Shown piece by piece: positions 29,329 through 44,428 of a stretch of 64,000 bases of DNA; the first letter of the stretch is position 1, and each line of letters begins with the position of its first letter. Where the stretch lies: positions 10,602,001 through 10,666,000 of the forward strand of contig OZ024758.1 of assembly GCA_964016885.1 (NCBI GenBank). The letters run 5' to 3'. The translations under genes and the position numbers were made by a program. The notes beneath the pieces are model-generated. The model saw only the letters and a program-made list of their open reading frames with translations. It ran no database searches and had not been told where the DNA came from. The stretch is from Eledone cirrhosa (Eukaryota).

Positions 29329-30067
29329 CACACATCACATATACATACATAAACACATTATATTATATTATATCATATTACATTATATTATATAAAGATG
29401 TATAGCCAGTCTTAACGTGAAATGAATCTGAGGTTATAAACCCCTGAGAAAACAAGACGGGCCAAACAAAACTGGTTATAATCATATTCTCAGTCCATTT
29501 ATTTGGCTGCAGTTATGACATTGAAGTAGCCAATGTTTCTACGGTAATGCTTGGTTAAATACTGCGCTCCGAATCACCAGACTCTATGGAATATAATACA
29601 GTTTCACTTACACATCATAATTCATTATATATTACACACAAACACACACACACAAACACACACACAAACACGCACACACAAACACATACACATATACATT
29701 GTTTTTAATTCTGGAACTTTCATTATACGCTTCTTTCGTTGTTGTATTTTGTACTTTTTTTGGCTGAGCAATTGAAAACAAATACTTTATTGTTTTACTC
29801 CTTTGCTGGTTTCATTCTCTCGACTACGGCCAGACTGGAGCACCCTGTAGAAGGGATTTAGTCAATCATATCGTCCAGATTACTTTCCTTATCAAGTGTG
29901 TTACTTACTATACAGATCTCATTATGGTAGAACCCCCCAAGATATGGGACATAAACACCCACAAACACACGCACACCTCCCCCATATATATATATATATA
30001 TATATATAATATACATATATATATTTGGCCAGTGCCTCGTGAGTGGAATTTCGTAGACGAAAACAGC

Positions 30068-30335
<268 letters not shown>

Positions 30336-32152
30336 GCCAGTTTATATGTTTTATATTTCTTTCTGAAGCTGGAAATAAATGATCATTATAAAGAAGGAAA
30401 TGTCCATACAACCCTCGTTGTCCAACTACAAGTATTGGTTTTATTGCTGCGGATTATTTGATTTTCTCAGTTGTGCTGAAATACGAACCGCAACTTAAAG
30501 CATGAGCTTAGTTACATGTATATCCAGCAAATAAAATTACAATCACTATATTTATAAACCTCTGCCCCATATCGATTTATGAAACTCAAAACCGAAAGAC
30601 TGTCAGAATGATAACAGATGCAATTATACTAAATATAGAAACAACATGAAAAACCCTTACAAATATAATACTATATAACGATTTCTATAAAAATAGATTG
30701 TTTTATTTTTAATGTTTTTTCTCAGCACGCTTCAGTGCTTTGTTTGTTATCTATACGCATCCACGATTTTGATTTCATTTCCTATCTATCAAGATGAAAT
30801 AATATACTTTTAAATAACAAGTGAAAAATCTTAATGGTCAAACGGATAATGTATTGGGCTGTCGGCAAAAATGGAATTTCAGAGGTACTAATGTTGTCGG
30901 GTTAGGTAAGTGAGAGATGACAACAGCGACCTACTTGTGGGGCAAAAATAACAGGTGATTGAAATAAATCAATGTTGTTTATCTAGAAAAATCAACCCTC
31001 ATAGAACAGAAATAGGATCAAAGGAATTCAAGCTGTGACTTATCCTTTGTTTTGTCGACGACTACGTCATCCAATGTGTCTTTTCTATATTTAAGATAAT
31101 CGTGAACGAAATCAATGAGATTTGGCTTCTAATTATAGCAGAACGAACAACTACGTTGAGTAACACTGTCAAATTCCTTTATTATGTGAGGCTAAATGTA
31201 AAGGGAGTACACAGTATGAGGGCCAGATAATATAATTGCAGTAAATTTCTGTGTTGATATCAGCGTTAAACACACGTGTGGCCTGTAGAGGTTTTAAGGT
31301 GGGAAAGTGTGTAAAAATGACAGCTGATAGTTTGATGTTGAAAAAAGTTCCGAAAGAACGAAGAAAATCGTGTCTGTTCGTCGCCAATCTATTGCATTCT
31401 TGCAGCCTTAAATCCAAATGATTTAAATACTCTGTAATATTTTAAACCTATTTATTATGTTTTAGTTCCTGCAATCCTGTCCTTTCTGTTGCATAATATC
31501 TGTATTTCCTATCACAATTCATACACTCACTTCAGTAGGATTCCCCGACATAACCAGAAAACATCGATAAGAAATGACCGTCCATGTTTGTCCATGTTTG
31601 AATTATATTACACGACAATACTTTATTAATTGATTACACATCGAATAATTGAATGAATACTGAAATCATCGAAAAGTCTTTGGTAGTCATCTTTGCATGA
31701 CTGTATAATTTTGCATGTCAACTGATAAGCTGTTTATAACGCCCCCTTGTCATATAATTCCTAACTAATCCATCAAAGACGTCCCTGGACAAACGATGAT
31801 AAACATAGTTCTTGTATCTTTGAAATGGAAACACTTCCGTAGATCAGTTTATGATCTTAAGCTTGAGGAAAACATTCTTAAATCAATCGATTACGTAAAA
31901 TAAATATCTATACGCTACTGGACTAAAACAAAACATCTCAATTCATATATATGTTTTTATCAGCTTCCTATCTTCATCTTGGCGGGTAACTCTGTCTGAG
32001 ACTGACGTTGATTTCAACAAGCTGGAGTGGACTGAAAAAGAAAAAAAGTTTAAGATTAAGTAGAAGAATGAGTTTAAAGTACGTTACTGTGGAGAATTCT
32101 TTTTTTTCTTTTGTAAAAATTACTTTAAAAGTAAAATTACAATTTACAAGAT

Positions 32153-32693
32153 TGGATTGGCAGTATCGGTAGAGGGTCGGACGCCATGCTTTGACGCATA
32201 GAGTTACGGCCCTTGCCATTCTGAGTTCAAATCCCGCCGAGGTTAACTTTGCCTTTCATCCTTACGGGGTCGATAACATAAAGTACCAGTAATGCACTGG
32301 GGTAATAGCTGGCCTTGTGCCAAAAGTAGAAACAATTATCTGAGTTCAAATCCCGCCGAGGTTAACTTTGCCTTTCATCCTTACGGGGTCGATAAAATAA
32401 AGTACCAGTAATGCACTGGGGTAATAGCTGGCCTTGTGCCAAAAGTAGAAACAATTATCTGAGTTCAAATCCCGCCGAGGTTAACTTTGCCTTTCATCCT
32501 TACGGGGTCGATAAAATAAAGTACCAGTAATGCACTGGGGTAATAGCTGGCCTTGTGCCAAAAGTAGAAACAATTATCTGAGTTCAAATCCCGCCGAGGT
32601 TAACTTTGCCTTTCATCCTTACGGGGTCGATAAAATAAAGTACCAGTAATGTACTGGTTAATTACTGGCCTTGTGCCTAAAGTAGAAACAATT
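32153..32693 (+). mobile_element. SINE family 1 with its 3' 119 bp present as four tandem units
   Basis: Units start tctgagttc at 32220, 32339, 32458 and 32577. Confidence 0.93.
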
Positions 32694-33003
32694 ATAATAA
32701 AGGTAATTATTTATTTAAATTCCGTCGATCCAAATCATTTAAAATAGTATGACTGGTTTTCTTTTTATTTTATTTAATCTACCCGAGACGTCTGACAATA
32801 GTTCTTCTTATTCTTGTGTATAATGACATTACTAGAAGTTTGACATTCTAATGTGTTGGTTAATGATAACGTCACTTTGATCATTCAGCTAGGAAACATC
32901 ATCATCACCACCCTAACAACAGTAAGTGATCCATAACTGTAACAAAAGGAAAACACCAACTATGATTTATATTGATAAACCAGAGAGGACAGACGGACGC
33001 GTG

Positions 33004-33790
<787 letters not shown>

Positions 33791-33926
33791 ATATATAAAT
33801 AGACAGTTAAAGAGTAAACCAATCTTAAATAGAGAGATAGTGGTAGGATAGGAGAAATTGGTGAAGGTATTAGAGCTTATGGTCTTGATTTGCTTAACTA
33901 CTGAATATATATATATATATATATAT

Positions 33927-34192
33927 AATTAGCCGTCGAAACGGCTTGAGCTCAGCCGTCGGGGTCTTACTGGTTCCTATTACCCACTCTACTACCCTAA
34001 GTATTGAGTACTTTGGTGCGTTATGGTCCACCTGGTTCCTTACCACATTTCTACGCACCAAAGTACTCAATACTTGAGGTAGTAGAGTGGGTAATAGGAA
34101 CCAGTAAGACCCCGACAGCTGAGCTCAAGCCGTTTCGACGGCTAATTAGCCGTCGAAACGGCTTGAGCTCAGCTGTCGGGGTCTTACTGGTT

Positions 34193-34196
<4 letters not shown>
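33927..34196. mobile_element. Family B remnant with three arms (+, -, +) in (AT)n
   Basis: Two fold-back junctions, at ~34051 and at gctaattagc (34141-34150). Confidence 0.85.
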
Positions 34197-34254
<58 letters not shown>

Positions 34255-34467
34255 AATATAAATTAGCGAGAATCGTTTTCAGCTCAGGAATTAACGAAAA
34301 TCAACGTCCGATATGTGTGGCAAGCGCTCGATGAATCATATGAATCAGAGCTACAACATACGTTAAGGGCCAAACACACTGGGATGATGGTTAAACATAT
34401 CATCCGCACAGCCAAAACAAAACGACCAAGTAATTCGGGTCAAGCAATAAAAATATATGTGTTGATA

Positions 34468-34581
<114 letters not shown>

Positions 34582-34625
34582 AGAGTTAAACAAGGTTCAA
34601 TGAATACATCAAAGAATGAGTTTTA

Positions 34626-34832
34626 CAATCATCATCATCATCATTCGTCGACTACTGTCGAGATGATGGATCTCACTCTCATGCCCCAGTATTCCCTGTC
34701 CCCCATCGCTGCCCCCAGGTCCTGTCTACTGATTCCCGTATCCCTAGAGATAAGGTCAGGGAATGACAGCCTCCTAGTCAGGCTGGAGTCAGGGTTCCAG
34801 AGCAAGAGAGCGGATATGATTTCATTGCTGGA
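34626..34832 (-). mobile_element. RTE-clade LINE 3' end, second subfamily, (TGA)n tail
   Basis: LLLWNP..LSFPDLISRDTG..DLGAAMGDREYW aligns with the RTE C-terminus above. Confidence 0.7.
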
Positions 34833-35199
34833 AGCACTCAACAAAAAAATGTTTTCCAGAGTTATCAATATTAATTCAATATATTAACAATATAGATATT
34901 CTTGTGATCAATTATATTTTATTATACATATTTCAGAGGTACTGAGTTAAGTTCAACAGTACGCCCTCATCAGATAAAATAAGATGATACATGACATAGT
35001 AGATGGTTAAGATTCAATCAAAGTAGTAGACTACTTTGATTGAATCTTAACCATCTACTATGTCAGGGTATGTCATGTATCATTTTATTTTATCTGATGA
35101 GGACGTACTGTTGAACTTAACTCAGTACCTCTGAAATATGTATAATAAAATATAATTGATCACAAGAATATCTATATTGTTAATATTTTGAATTAATAT
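34833..35199. mobile_element. Fold-back PLE-like pLTR, family A, ~160-bp arms centred at 35028-35029
   Basis: 34868-35027 is the reverse complement of 35030-35199 apart from a small duplication in the right arm; one HHR per arm. Confidence 0.85.
35086..35152 (+). ncRNA. Minimal type I hammerhead, family A (mirror at 34915-34981, minus strand)
   Basis: tattttat-CTGATGA-..gtactg/cagtac..-GAAA-tatgta-TA-ataaaata. Confidence 0.75.
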
Positions 35200-35204
35200 A
35201 TATG

Positions 35205-35240
<36 letters not shown>

Positions 35241-35260
35241 AGGAGAGAGAGGTGCGTATG

Positions 35261-35294
<34 letters not shown>

Positions 35295-35314
35295 AGGAGA
35301 GAGAGGTGCGTATG

Positions 35315-35354
<40 letters not shown>

Positions 35355-35374
35355 AGGAGAGAGAGGTGCGTATG

Positions 35375-35412
<38 letters not shown>

Positions 35413-35478
35413 AGGAGAGAGAGGTGCGTATGTATATATATATATGTGTGTGTGTGTGAGGAGAGAGAGGTGCATATG

Positions 35479-35518
<40 letters not shown>

Positions 35519-35538
35519 AGGAGAGAGAGGTGCGTATG

Positions 35539-35578
<40 letters not shown>

Positions 35579-35598
35579 AGGAGAGAGAGGTGCGTATG

Positions 35599-35630
<32 letters not shown>

Positions 35631-35846
35631 AGGAGAGAGAGGTGCGTATGTATATATATATATATGTGTGTGTGTGTGAGGAGAGAGAGGTGCATATGTA
35701 TATATATATATATGTGTGTGTGTGTGTATGTGAGGAGAGAGAGGTGCGTATGTATATATATATATGTGTGTGTGTGTGTGTGGAGAGAGAGGTGCGTATG
35801 TATATATATATATGTGTGTGTGTGTGAGGAGAGAGAGGTGCATATG

Positions 35847-35895
<49 letters not shown>

Positions 35896-36008
35896 AGAGA
35901 GAGGTGCGTATGTATATATATATATATGTGTGTGTGTGTGAGGAGAGAGAGGTGCGTATGTATATATATATATATGTGTGTGTGTGTGTATGTGTGTGTG
36001 TGAGGAGA
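35200..36008. repeat. Compound minisatellite gaggagagagaggtgcrtatg(ta)n(tg)n, about 14 units
   Basis: Read directly from the sequence. Confidence 0.95.
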
Positions 36009-36102
36009 TATGTATATATGTATGTGTGCTTGTTGCTAGTTTAGCGGCTTCACACTTTTGGAGAGTAGCACTCGTGTTGCTCAAGTGGCCATCATTATAT
36101 AA

Positions 36103-36556
36103 GTGGATTGGCAGTCTCGGTAGAGGGTCGGACGCCATGCTAGGGCGGTGGATTGGCAGTCTCGGTAGAGGGTCGGACGCCATGCTAGGGCGGTGGATTG
36201 GCAGTCTCGGTAGAGGGTCGGACGCCATGCTAGGGCGGTGGATTGGCAGTCTCGGTAGAGGGTCGGACGCCATGCTAGGGCGGTGGATTGGCAGTCTCGG
36301 TAGAGGGTCGGACGCCATGCTAGGGCGGTGGATTGGCAGTCTCGGTAGAGGGTCGGACGCCATGCTAGGGCGGTGGATTGGCAGTCTCGGTAGAGGGTCG
36401 GACGCCATGCTTTCCAGCATAGTTACGTCCCTTTACGATCTGAGTTCAAATCCCGCCGAGGTTGACTTTGCCTTTCATCCTTACTGGGTCGATAAAATAA
36501 AGTACCAGTAATGCACTGGGTGATTGCTGGCCTTGTGCCTAAAGTAGAAACAATTA
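36103..36556 (+). mobile_element. SINE family 1 with its 45-bp head repeated 7 times
   Basis: gggcggtggattggcagtctcggtagagggtcggacgccatgcta units, then one body; cattatataa / aattatataa TSD-like. Confidence 0.93.
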
Positions 36557-37794
36557 TATAATTTGATGTGATTGTAATATTTGCACTCAGGTTTTCTTTT
36601 CCCTGGTTTAAGTCCTGAGGTTGCGGTCAAGTAATGACGTTTGCAGACGAAATGGATTAGAGAGACATATTTATAAACCACCATATGGGCAGCAGATGGC
36701 TTCCTTTAAATTCCTTCTCTTGTTGTCATTACAGCAGCAGAATTCTCGCAAGGAACCTTTTAGGGAGAGCGGCTACATGGCAGAGTCGTTGGGGCGGCAG
36801 ATTTAAGACATCACTATTGGTTCCGGCTCACCGTGAGCAGAGCTCAAATCCCACCGAGGTCAACTTTCATACTTCCATCCTTCTGTGGTCGATAAATAAA
36901 ATGTTCCAAACTAGAGAGGAATAAATTGTCTTTAAATGCCCTCACCGTGTGGTAGGACGGCGTAACTACGATGCCATCAAGAGACCTTTCTCGTTCTTTT
37001 TCACTATACCACAACTAAAAGAAATAATTATTTGTTACATTGATAGATTTCAGGGAATATAAAATATTTCGCCCATTTACAATATATTACAAAGAGGAAA
37101 ATGCGATGACTTTACATTGTGTGTAAAACTGATGTTAACAGCTTGTCTTTAACCTCACATTACCATGCTAAACCTCTTCAATTTCCTTTGATTCTGCTTT
37201 CTGTCTAATTCCATCATTAAACCCACTTTGTCCATTTGTTAAGTTGTTTTTAGATCAATTATATATACAAGCCGCAGGTGTAGTTATAGGCTTCTGTGTA
37301 TGATTGTGGTTATTTCCACGGGGGTTTTAACAATGTGCGTGTATGTGTACTTGTCAATAAGGTTATTTGTATATGTGTAGCTTATACTACAAACCAATTA
37401 TGTCAGCATTAAGTGAAAAGAGACTTAAATGTGGCTTCGTTGCTTGTAGCTAGTTGAGATGGTGAGGAAATCCTAATTATCTGAGACAATTTTACTTTCA
37501 CTTACAGCATGCTGAATATGACATGGATATTGCTATTTCTATTTTTAATACACTTAAAATATAAATATTTGTGATAATTAAAAAAACCCAATAACATACA
37601 ATTGAATGTCAAACACTGTTGAGTTGTAGCTATACTGGATTACTTCACATGAAATCTATGCCTTAATCCAAATCTACTTTTACTTTGAAATATATCCCCT
37701 GCATAAGTTTCAAAATCTGGTGATACCCATCTCCTCTCCAGGTCTTAACACACCCGATTTCTTCCAGAAAAGGATATGAGAAAGAGATATAGAA

Positions 37795-37945
37795 GAAGAA
37801 GCGACCCCAGTACTCGGCTGGTACTTTTTTATGGGCCTGAAAAGGATGGAAAGCAAATATGACATGGGTAGAGTTTGAACACCGAGATCAGACAGCCTGA
37901 ATAAAACTGCAAAGCATTCTATCAGACTTTCTAACGACTCTGTTA
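37795..37945 (-). mobile_element. Old SINE family 1-related copy
   Basis: gaccccagtactcggctggtacttt..aaaggatggaaagcaaa..tttgaac. Confidence 0.55.
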
Positions 37946-38379
37946 ATTCGTCTATGTATACATACATATATATATGTATGTGTGTGCGTCTACTATTTTG
38001 TTCGTGTGTCTGTGTTTGTTTACTGTTTGGTTTTGTCCCGTAACCTAGTGGTTTGAGAAATATTGGCCAATGAATATAGATATGAACGACTAAATCCCTA
38101 CAAGGAGACATCCTATCAAGGTCGTAGGCTATTGATTAAAACCAGTAATTGAAAAACATCTTGACGTGGAATATACTGGAAACTTGTCACTACACAGCTT
38201 GTCCCGCTGTGTAGATATAATTTATTCTTAACATGAACAACAGCTGAAACTAACATCCTTTCAATCACTACTCCAGCTCGGCAGCAAGAACTGATGCAGT
38301 ATTTTGGGGTTACCAAACATACATGTCCTCGATTCCAGTGTAGTGGATTCTCTGTATACTAGTGAAGAATTAAGACGGA

Positions 38380-38610
38380 AGCGGATGTTGCCGTTTTGTC
38401 TCAACGGACACAATTGTGAATGCATTACTTTTAGGTATAGCATGGGAGATACATTGGAAGAATCAGTCGAAATGGCGAGGCTTTTTCTGGCAAATGGCCA
38501 TCTCAGTCTCCATCATAGAAAGACGAGAGCTGGCTTGAGGGGGGCACAACGCGAGATGTTTACAATGTTATGTTTAAACCTATCGCAGAGCAGCCGATAG
38601 CTCAACTCAG
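38380..38610 (-). mobile_element. Decayed CRE-like (RLE) non-LTR retrotransposon C-terminal fragment
   Basis: Minus frame PPQASSRLSMMETEMAICQKKPRHFD*FFQCISHAIPKSNAFTIVS aligns to GPRATSLLTTIGAELASRRCEPRELEWLFQRISLAVFRGNAFSILS at 46 kb. Confidence 0.6.
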
Positions 38611-38775
38611 GTTCCCACCAGTATCTTTAATGTAAGATTATTGATTTCGAATTTAAGTAGTAATGTGTTCGTATTTATTTATATTAATTTTTGCACCAAC
38701 ATGAATAACAACAATTAGGACAACAGCAATAGTGGGAAGATCGTAAATCTTTATGTATATATATATATATATATA

Positions 38776-38914
38776 ATCTGTATCTATCCTTTGTGATCGT
38801 GTCTCTACTTTTGTACTTCCGAAGAAGGGCTTAAGCCCGACACGTTGAACTTTCTTTCCCCTTTTCCATATAAAACGTGAATCTAATAAGACTTGTATAC
38901 CTCTGTTTTGTCGT
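38776..38914 (+). mobile_element. AT-embedded PLE-like remnant (family D) with a decayed hammerhead
   Basis: cCGAAGA-a-gggc(ttaa)gccc-GAcA-cgtt: two core substitutions. Confidence 0.55.
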
Positions 38915-38970
38915 TATATATATATATATATTATATATTATATATTATATTTTATATATAATATATATAA

Positions 38971-39064
38971 TAACTTTGCCTTTCATCCTTACGGGGTCGA
39001 TAAAATAAAGTACCAGTAATGCACTGGGTAATTGCTGGCCTTGTGCCAAAAGTAGAAACAATTA
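38971..39064 (+). mobile_element. SINE family 1 3' fragment
   Basis: Core and tail match. Confidence 0.85.
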
Positions 39065-39099
39065 TATATATTATATATTATATATAATATTATATATAT

Positions 39100-39129
<30 letters not shown>

Positions 39130-39130
<1 letters not shown>

Positions 39131-39332
39131 ACGAAGGAAATGTGGTAAGGAACCAGGTGGACCATAACGCACCAAAGTACTCAATACTTAGGGTAGAAGA
39201 GTGGGTAATAGGAACGAGTAGGACCTCGACGGCTGAGCTGAAGCCATTTCGACGGCTAATTCTGGACTAAATAGTCCAGAATTAGCCGTCGAAACGGCTT
39301 GAGCTCAGCCGTCGGGGTCCTACTCGTTCCTA
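39130..39332. mobile_element. Family B fold-back remnant with the longest central hairpin
   Basis: gacggctaattctggact-aaat-agtccagaattagccgtc followed by GAAA. Confidence 0.85.
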
Positions 39333-39502
39333 TATATATATATTATATATATATATATATTATATATATATTATATATATATATATATATGTGTGTGTGT
39401 ATGCAATCATTTAACGAAATAACCATAAAAAAATACGACAGTATATGGCATAAAATGTAATTATTAAGCTAACGGTTTGGAGAATTGAAAAAACCAAATT
39501 AA

Positions 39503-39537
39503 TTATAACGTTTCGAGCTAAGCTCGCCCTCAGAAAA
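39503..39537 (-). ncRNA. Decayed minimal hammerhead
   Basis: CTGAGGg-c-gagc(tta)gctc-GAAA-cgtta. Confidence 0.5.
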
Positions 39538-39841
39538 ATAAGTAAAGACTGTAAAGAAACGTATTGTGACTGTGACTTCCAAATCTGGCAGATAACGGCT
39601 TCTGAAAGTGCTTGACAAGACTTTAAGTAGCAATATGTTTCTAATAAATTATTTACACTCTACACTTGATATAATCTCTTTTCACTTAATGTATTCTGCT
39701 ATTCTTAATCTTTAGAAACGCTTACGCTGTGTGTGTGCGTGTGCGTGTGCGTGTGCGTGTGCGCGCGTGTGTGTGTGTGTGTGTTCACAAACATACATAC
39801 CCTTACGCACACACTCACTCTGATATTGAAACACACACATG

Positions 39842-39879
<38 letters not shown>

Positions 39880-39882
39880 TAA

Positions 39883-40018
<136 letters not shown>

Positions 40019-40132
40019 GTATATATATATATGTATATGTGTATACATATATATGTGTATATATATATGTATATATATGTGTATATATATATATATATGT
40101 GTATATATATATATATGTGTATATATATATAT

Positions 40133-40170
<38 letters not shown>

Positions 40171-40231
40171 GTATATATATATGTATATATATATGTATAT
40201 ATATATGTATATATATGTATATATATATATG

Positions 40232-40262
<31 letters not shown>

Positions 40263-40277
40263 GTATATATATATATG

Positions 40278-40342
<65 letters not shown>

Positions 40343-40354
40343 GTATATATATGT

Positions 40355-40420
<66 letters not shown>

Positions 40421-41427
40421 GTATCCGTGTATGCATGCCTCTGTGTTGTGTGAAGTTGGAGATTCCAGATTTAAATAGATACGTGGTACATGTTAAACTT
40501 TTAGTGGGCCAGAGATAACAAAATATTAATTTTGTATGAAAAAAAGTCAGATATGTTTTTCAGACATGAAACATGTATAAAGCAAACTATTGATAGCTAT
40601 CGATAGTGGAATGAGATAAATATATATATGAAGTAAAATACACTTTCTCTAGTATCAGGTGATTTTATCTTTTTATTTACATGGGAGGGCTACAGAGGTT
40701 TTACCTGTCTCAGGCTGTAATCCTAGAAATATTTAAATTCCTTTACTTTTACTTAGACCATAATAAAAAAAAAAGGAAATCAATGATGACCACAATATTA
40801 CTTTCTCGTGTATTGATTTCTACCAAAACATAATTATGAAACATCGTCTATATCGGACAACAAAACACAACAAAACACTACATACAAGAAGATAAGTTAT
40901 CAAAACTTAAAGAAGTCTTTCTACTGAATTAAGTTTTTGGGTTATAAAATATTTCTTATTACGCTATAAAGTTTCTTATTGTCACATAGAAAATAGTTCT
41001 TATAAGTGATATATAGAGCACTACTTGTCACGAGACATTAAATATATATATATATATATATGATATATATATATATGTATATGATATATATATAACATAT
41101 ATAATATATGTATATATATGCCTTGAAGTAAGGTCATATCCTCAATGTCTGAAAACCTTTTATGACTTACTTTTATTACGGTATTCCATAATACTACCAT
41201 ATTTTCTTGTAATTGTCGCCATGAATGTATGTGAGATCTGTTTTCATTGACTAAACAGCCAAAAATATTGCGATTGTTTGCTTACAGCCTTCATGAAAAA
41301 ATAAACTTATTATCCTGAGACCAGTTTAATAATTTAATAGTTTAAAGATCAATAAGTACTATATACGGACATATTATAAGTTAGCTTTCTTATTTATAGT
41401 CAAGTCTGCATATGACCGTACATCATT

Positions 41428-41740
41428 CGAGGTTAACTTTGCCTTTCATCCTTACGGGGTCGATAAAACAAAGTACCAGTAATGCACTGGGTATTTGCTG
41501 GCCTTGTGCCTAAAATAGAAACAATTATTTTTGTAAAATGCCTCGATCTGTTTATATATAATTGTTTCTACTTTTGGCACAAGGCCAGCAATTACCCAGT
41601 ACATTACTGGTACTTTATTTTATCGACCCCGTAAGGATGAAAGGCAAAGTTAACCTCGGCGGGATTTGAACTCAGAATGGCAAGGGCCGTAACTCTATGC
41701 GTCAAAGCATGGAGTCCGATCCTCTACCGATACTGCCAAT
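41428..41740. mobile_element. Tail-to-tail SINE family 1 pair (41428-41527 +, 41559-41740 -)
   Basis: Two opposite copies about 30 bp apart. Confidence 0.9.
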
Positions 41741-41938
41741 TATATATAATAAATATATGTAAGTCTCGCTATGAGTATCTTTAGCTGTGATCATGGCATA
41801 TGGGGTACTGTGGTCACAGCTTATACATTCTGAGCGAGACTCTTGTGTATTTATCATAAATATATCCTATTCTCCGTCATATATATACACTTATGAATCA
41901 TGCTTATAATGTTACTACTACCGCTTATGTTATGTATA

Positions 41939-41981
<43 letters not shown>

Positions 41982-42114
41982 GCTCTCTCTGTATATATAT
42001 ATACATACACATATATATATATATATCTGTTATTATATACATACACACAGATATATTATATACTAATAATATATTTCTTTATTGTAGTGTGTCGTTTGCT
42101 TTGTTTATCTCTTG

Positions 42115-42209
<95 letters not shown>

Positions 42210-42432
42210 ATGGTGTAATAGAAATAACCAGAATGTGGAGATTATAAACAACATCAAAACTTGAAATAAAAGCTGCTTTAAGAATGAACAAAAAATGTTG
42301 TAGACAGATATGTATAATGAAAACCCCAGGACGTAAATGTTTACAAAAATATAGAATAAAATAAACATAGAGAAAAAAATTACAACCAGACACTGTATTC
42401 ATATTATCTAGATTACACTCAAGAAAATGGAT

Positions 42433-42544
<112 letters not shown>

Positions 42545-43285
42545 ACAAAAAAATATAAAGCTGAGCCACAATGTGCAGTGAAATGAAGAAAACTAAAACT
42601 TGTGAAATATTAATAATAATAATAATAAGAAGAAGAAGAATAACGATCTGTGTGTAAATATAGATTGTGCATAGCTTGAAAAAACAATAATTAAGTAGTA
42701 TTCTTTTGAGAACACTTAGAATTTAACAAGTCTTGTAACACTATGATAGGAATAATGATTGTCGCGTGTGTTGTTGGGTGTTGGGATGTGGTTTTTAACG
42801 GTCTGAAATTACCTTCTTTCTGTAAATATTTACTTAGTTGCTTATCAACAATGACCTCATTAACAAGTGAAAAAAATATCTATTATAAAAAAACATATAT
42901 ATACGTTCGATTTACACAGGCAGACATTCATCAATAAAGATGGACTCGAAAGCGTCGAGAACGCTGCATGGGCGTCTAGTTGTTCTTATGTTTGATCTGT
43001 TGAACGACCTTCTCATTGAATTAGAGTTTAAAGTGGCTGAGTATTCCATTCCACAGACTCGTCTGCCTCTAACATGGAATCAATGCAATACAGTGAGGCA
43101 AGGTTACACTTTTGAGTTACAGATATAGAGCAACTCTTATATAACACTTATATACACGGAATAAATAGGATGGCAGTATCCAAAAGTTGATACCAAAAAT
43201 ACTATATTGGGTATTGCCACGTTCCTATATGTCCAGTCTTGCAGGAGACTGATTAATAGGGTATAAAGGGTATTTTTTCATCCTT

Positions 43286-43342
<57 letters not shown>

Positions 43343-43343
43343 A

Positions 43344-43531
43344 TAATTGTTTCTATATTAGGCACAAGACCAGCAATTACCCAGTACATTACTGGTACTT
43401 TATTTTATCGACCCCGTAAAGATGAAAGGCAAAGTTAACGTCAGCGGGATTTGAACTCAGATCATAAAAGGACGTAACTCTATGCTTCAAAGCATGGTGT
43501 CCGACTCTCTAACGATACTGCCAATCCACCC
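43344..43531 (-). mobile_element. SINE family 1, full length
   Basis: Head, core and tail match. Confidence 0.88.
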
Positions 43532-43532
43532 C

Positions 43533-43673
43533 TTTGAAGACTAAAATCCAAAGAGGGCTCGATAAGGATAATTATATATCAAATATATAAGAACCGTAGA
43601 GCAAATATTTAGTTTCAGAAGATCCCGTTAAGGGTGAAAGCAGCGATTCTTTGCTTAAACTTTAATCTGTTAC

Positions 43674-43676
<3 letters not shown>
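43533..43676 (+). mobile_element. AT-tailed repeat with a decayed HHR-like motif
   Basis: CaGAAGA-tccc(gttaa)gggt-GAAA-gcagc; homologue at 6565-6631. Confidence 0.5.
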
Positions 43677-44112
<436 letters not shown>

Positions 44113-44300
44113 TCTTTTGCATCTATTTACTTTTTCAAATAGTTTGTAATTCTTTTTGTGTAACCCAGTTTCATATTTTCCTGGCCAACACTACCCGCAC
44201 CAATCTCATTTATCTGGGAAGGCCTGAACAGATTTATATTACTGCTACTCCTCATTTTATTATCTCATTTAGCTATTTGGTCGTACCTACTCCCATACAT

Positions 44301-44398
<98 letters not shown>

Positions 44399-44428
44399 AG
44401 ATCAAAAGATGGTTAAAAGAGTTCCATG

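Noticed and set aside
35122-36511. 432-aa and 177-aa ORFs with 15-aa repeats
   Set aside because: By-product of the 45-bp SINE head array and the adjacent minisatellite.
38304-38600. 98-aa plus-strand ORF as a host exon
   Set aside because: The opposite strand aligns to the CRE-like C-terminus, so this is an antisense shadow.
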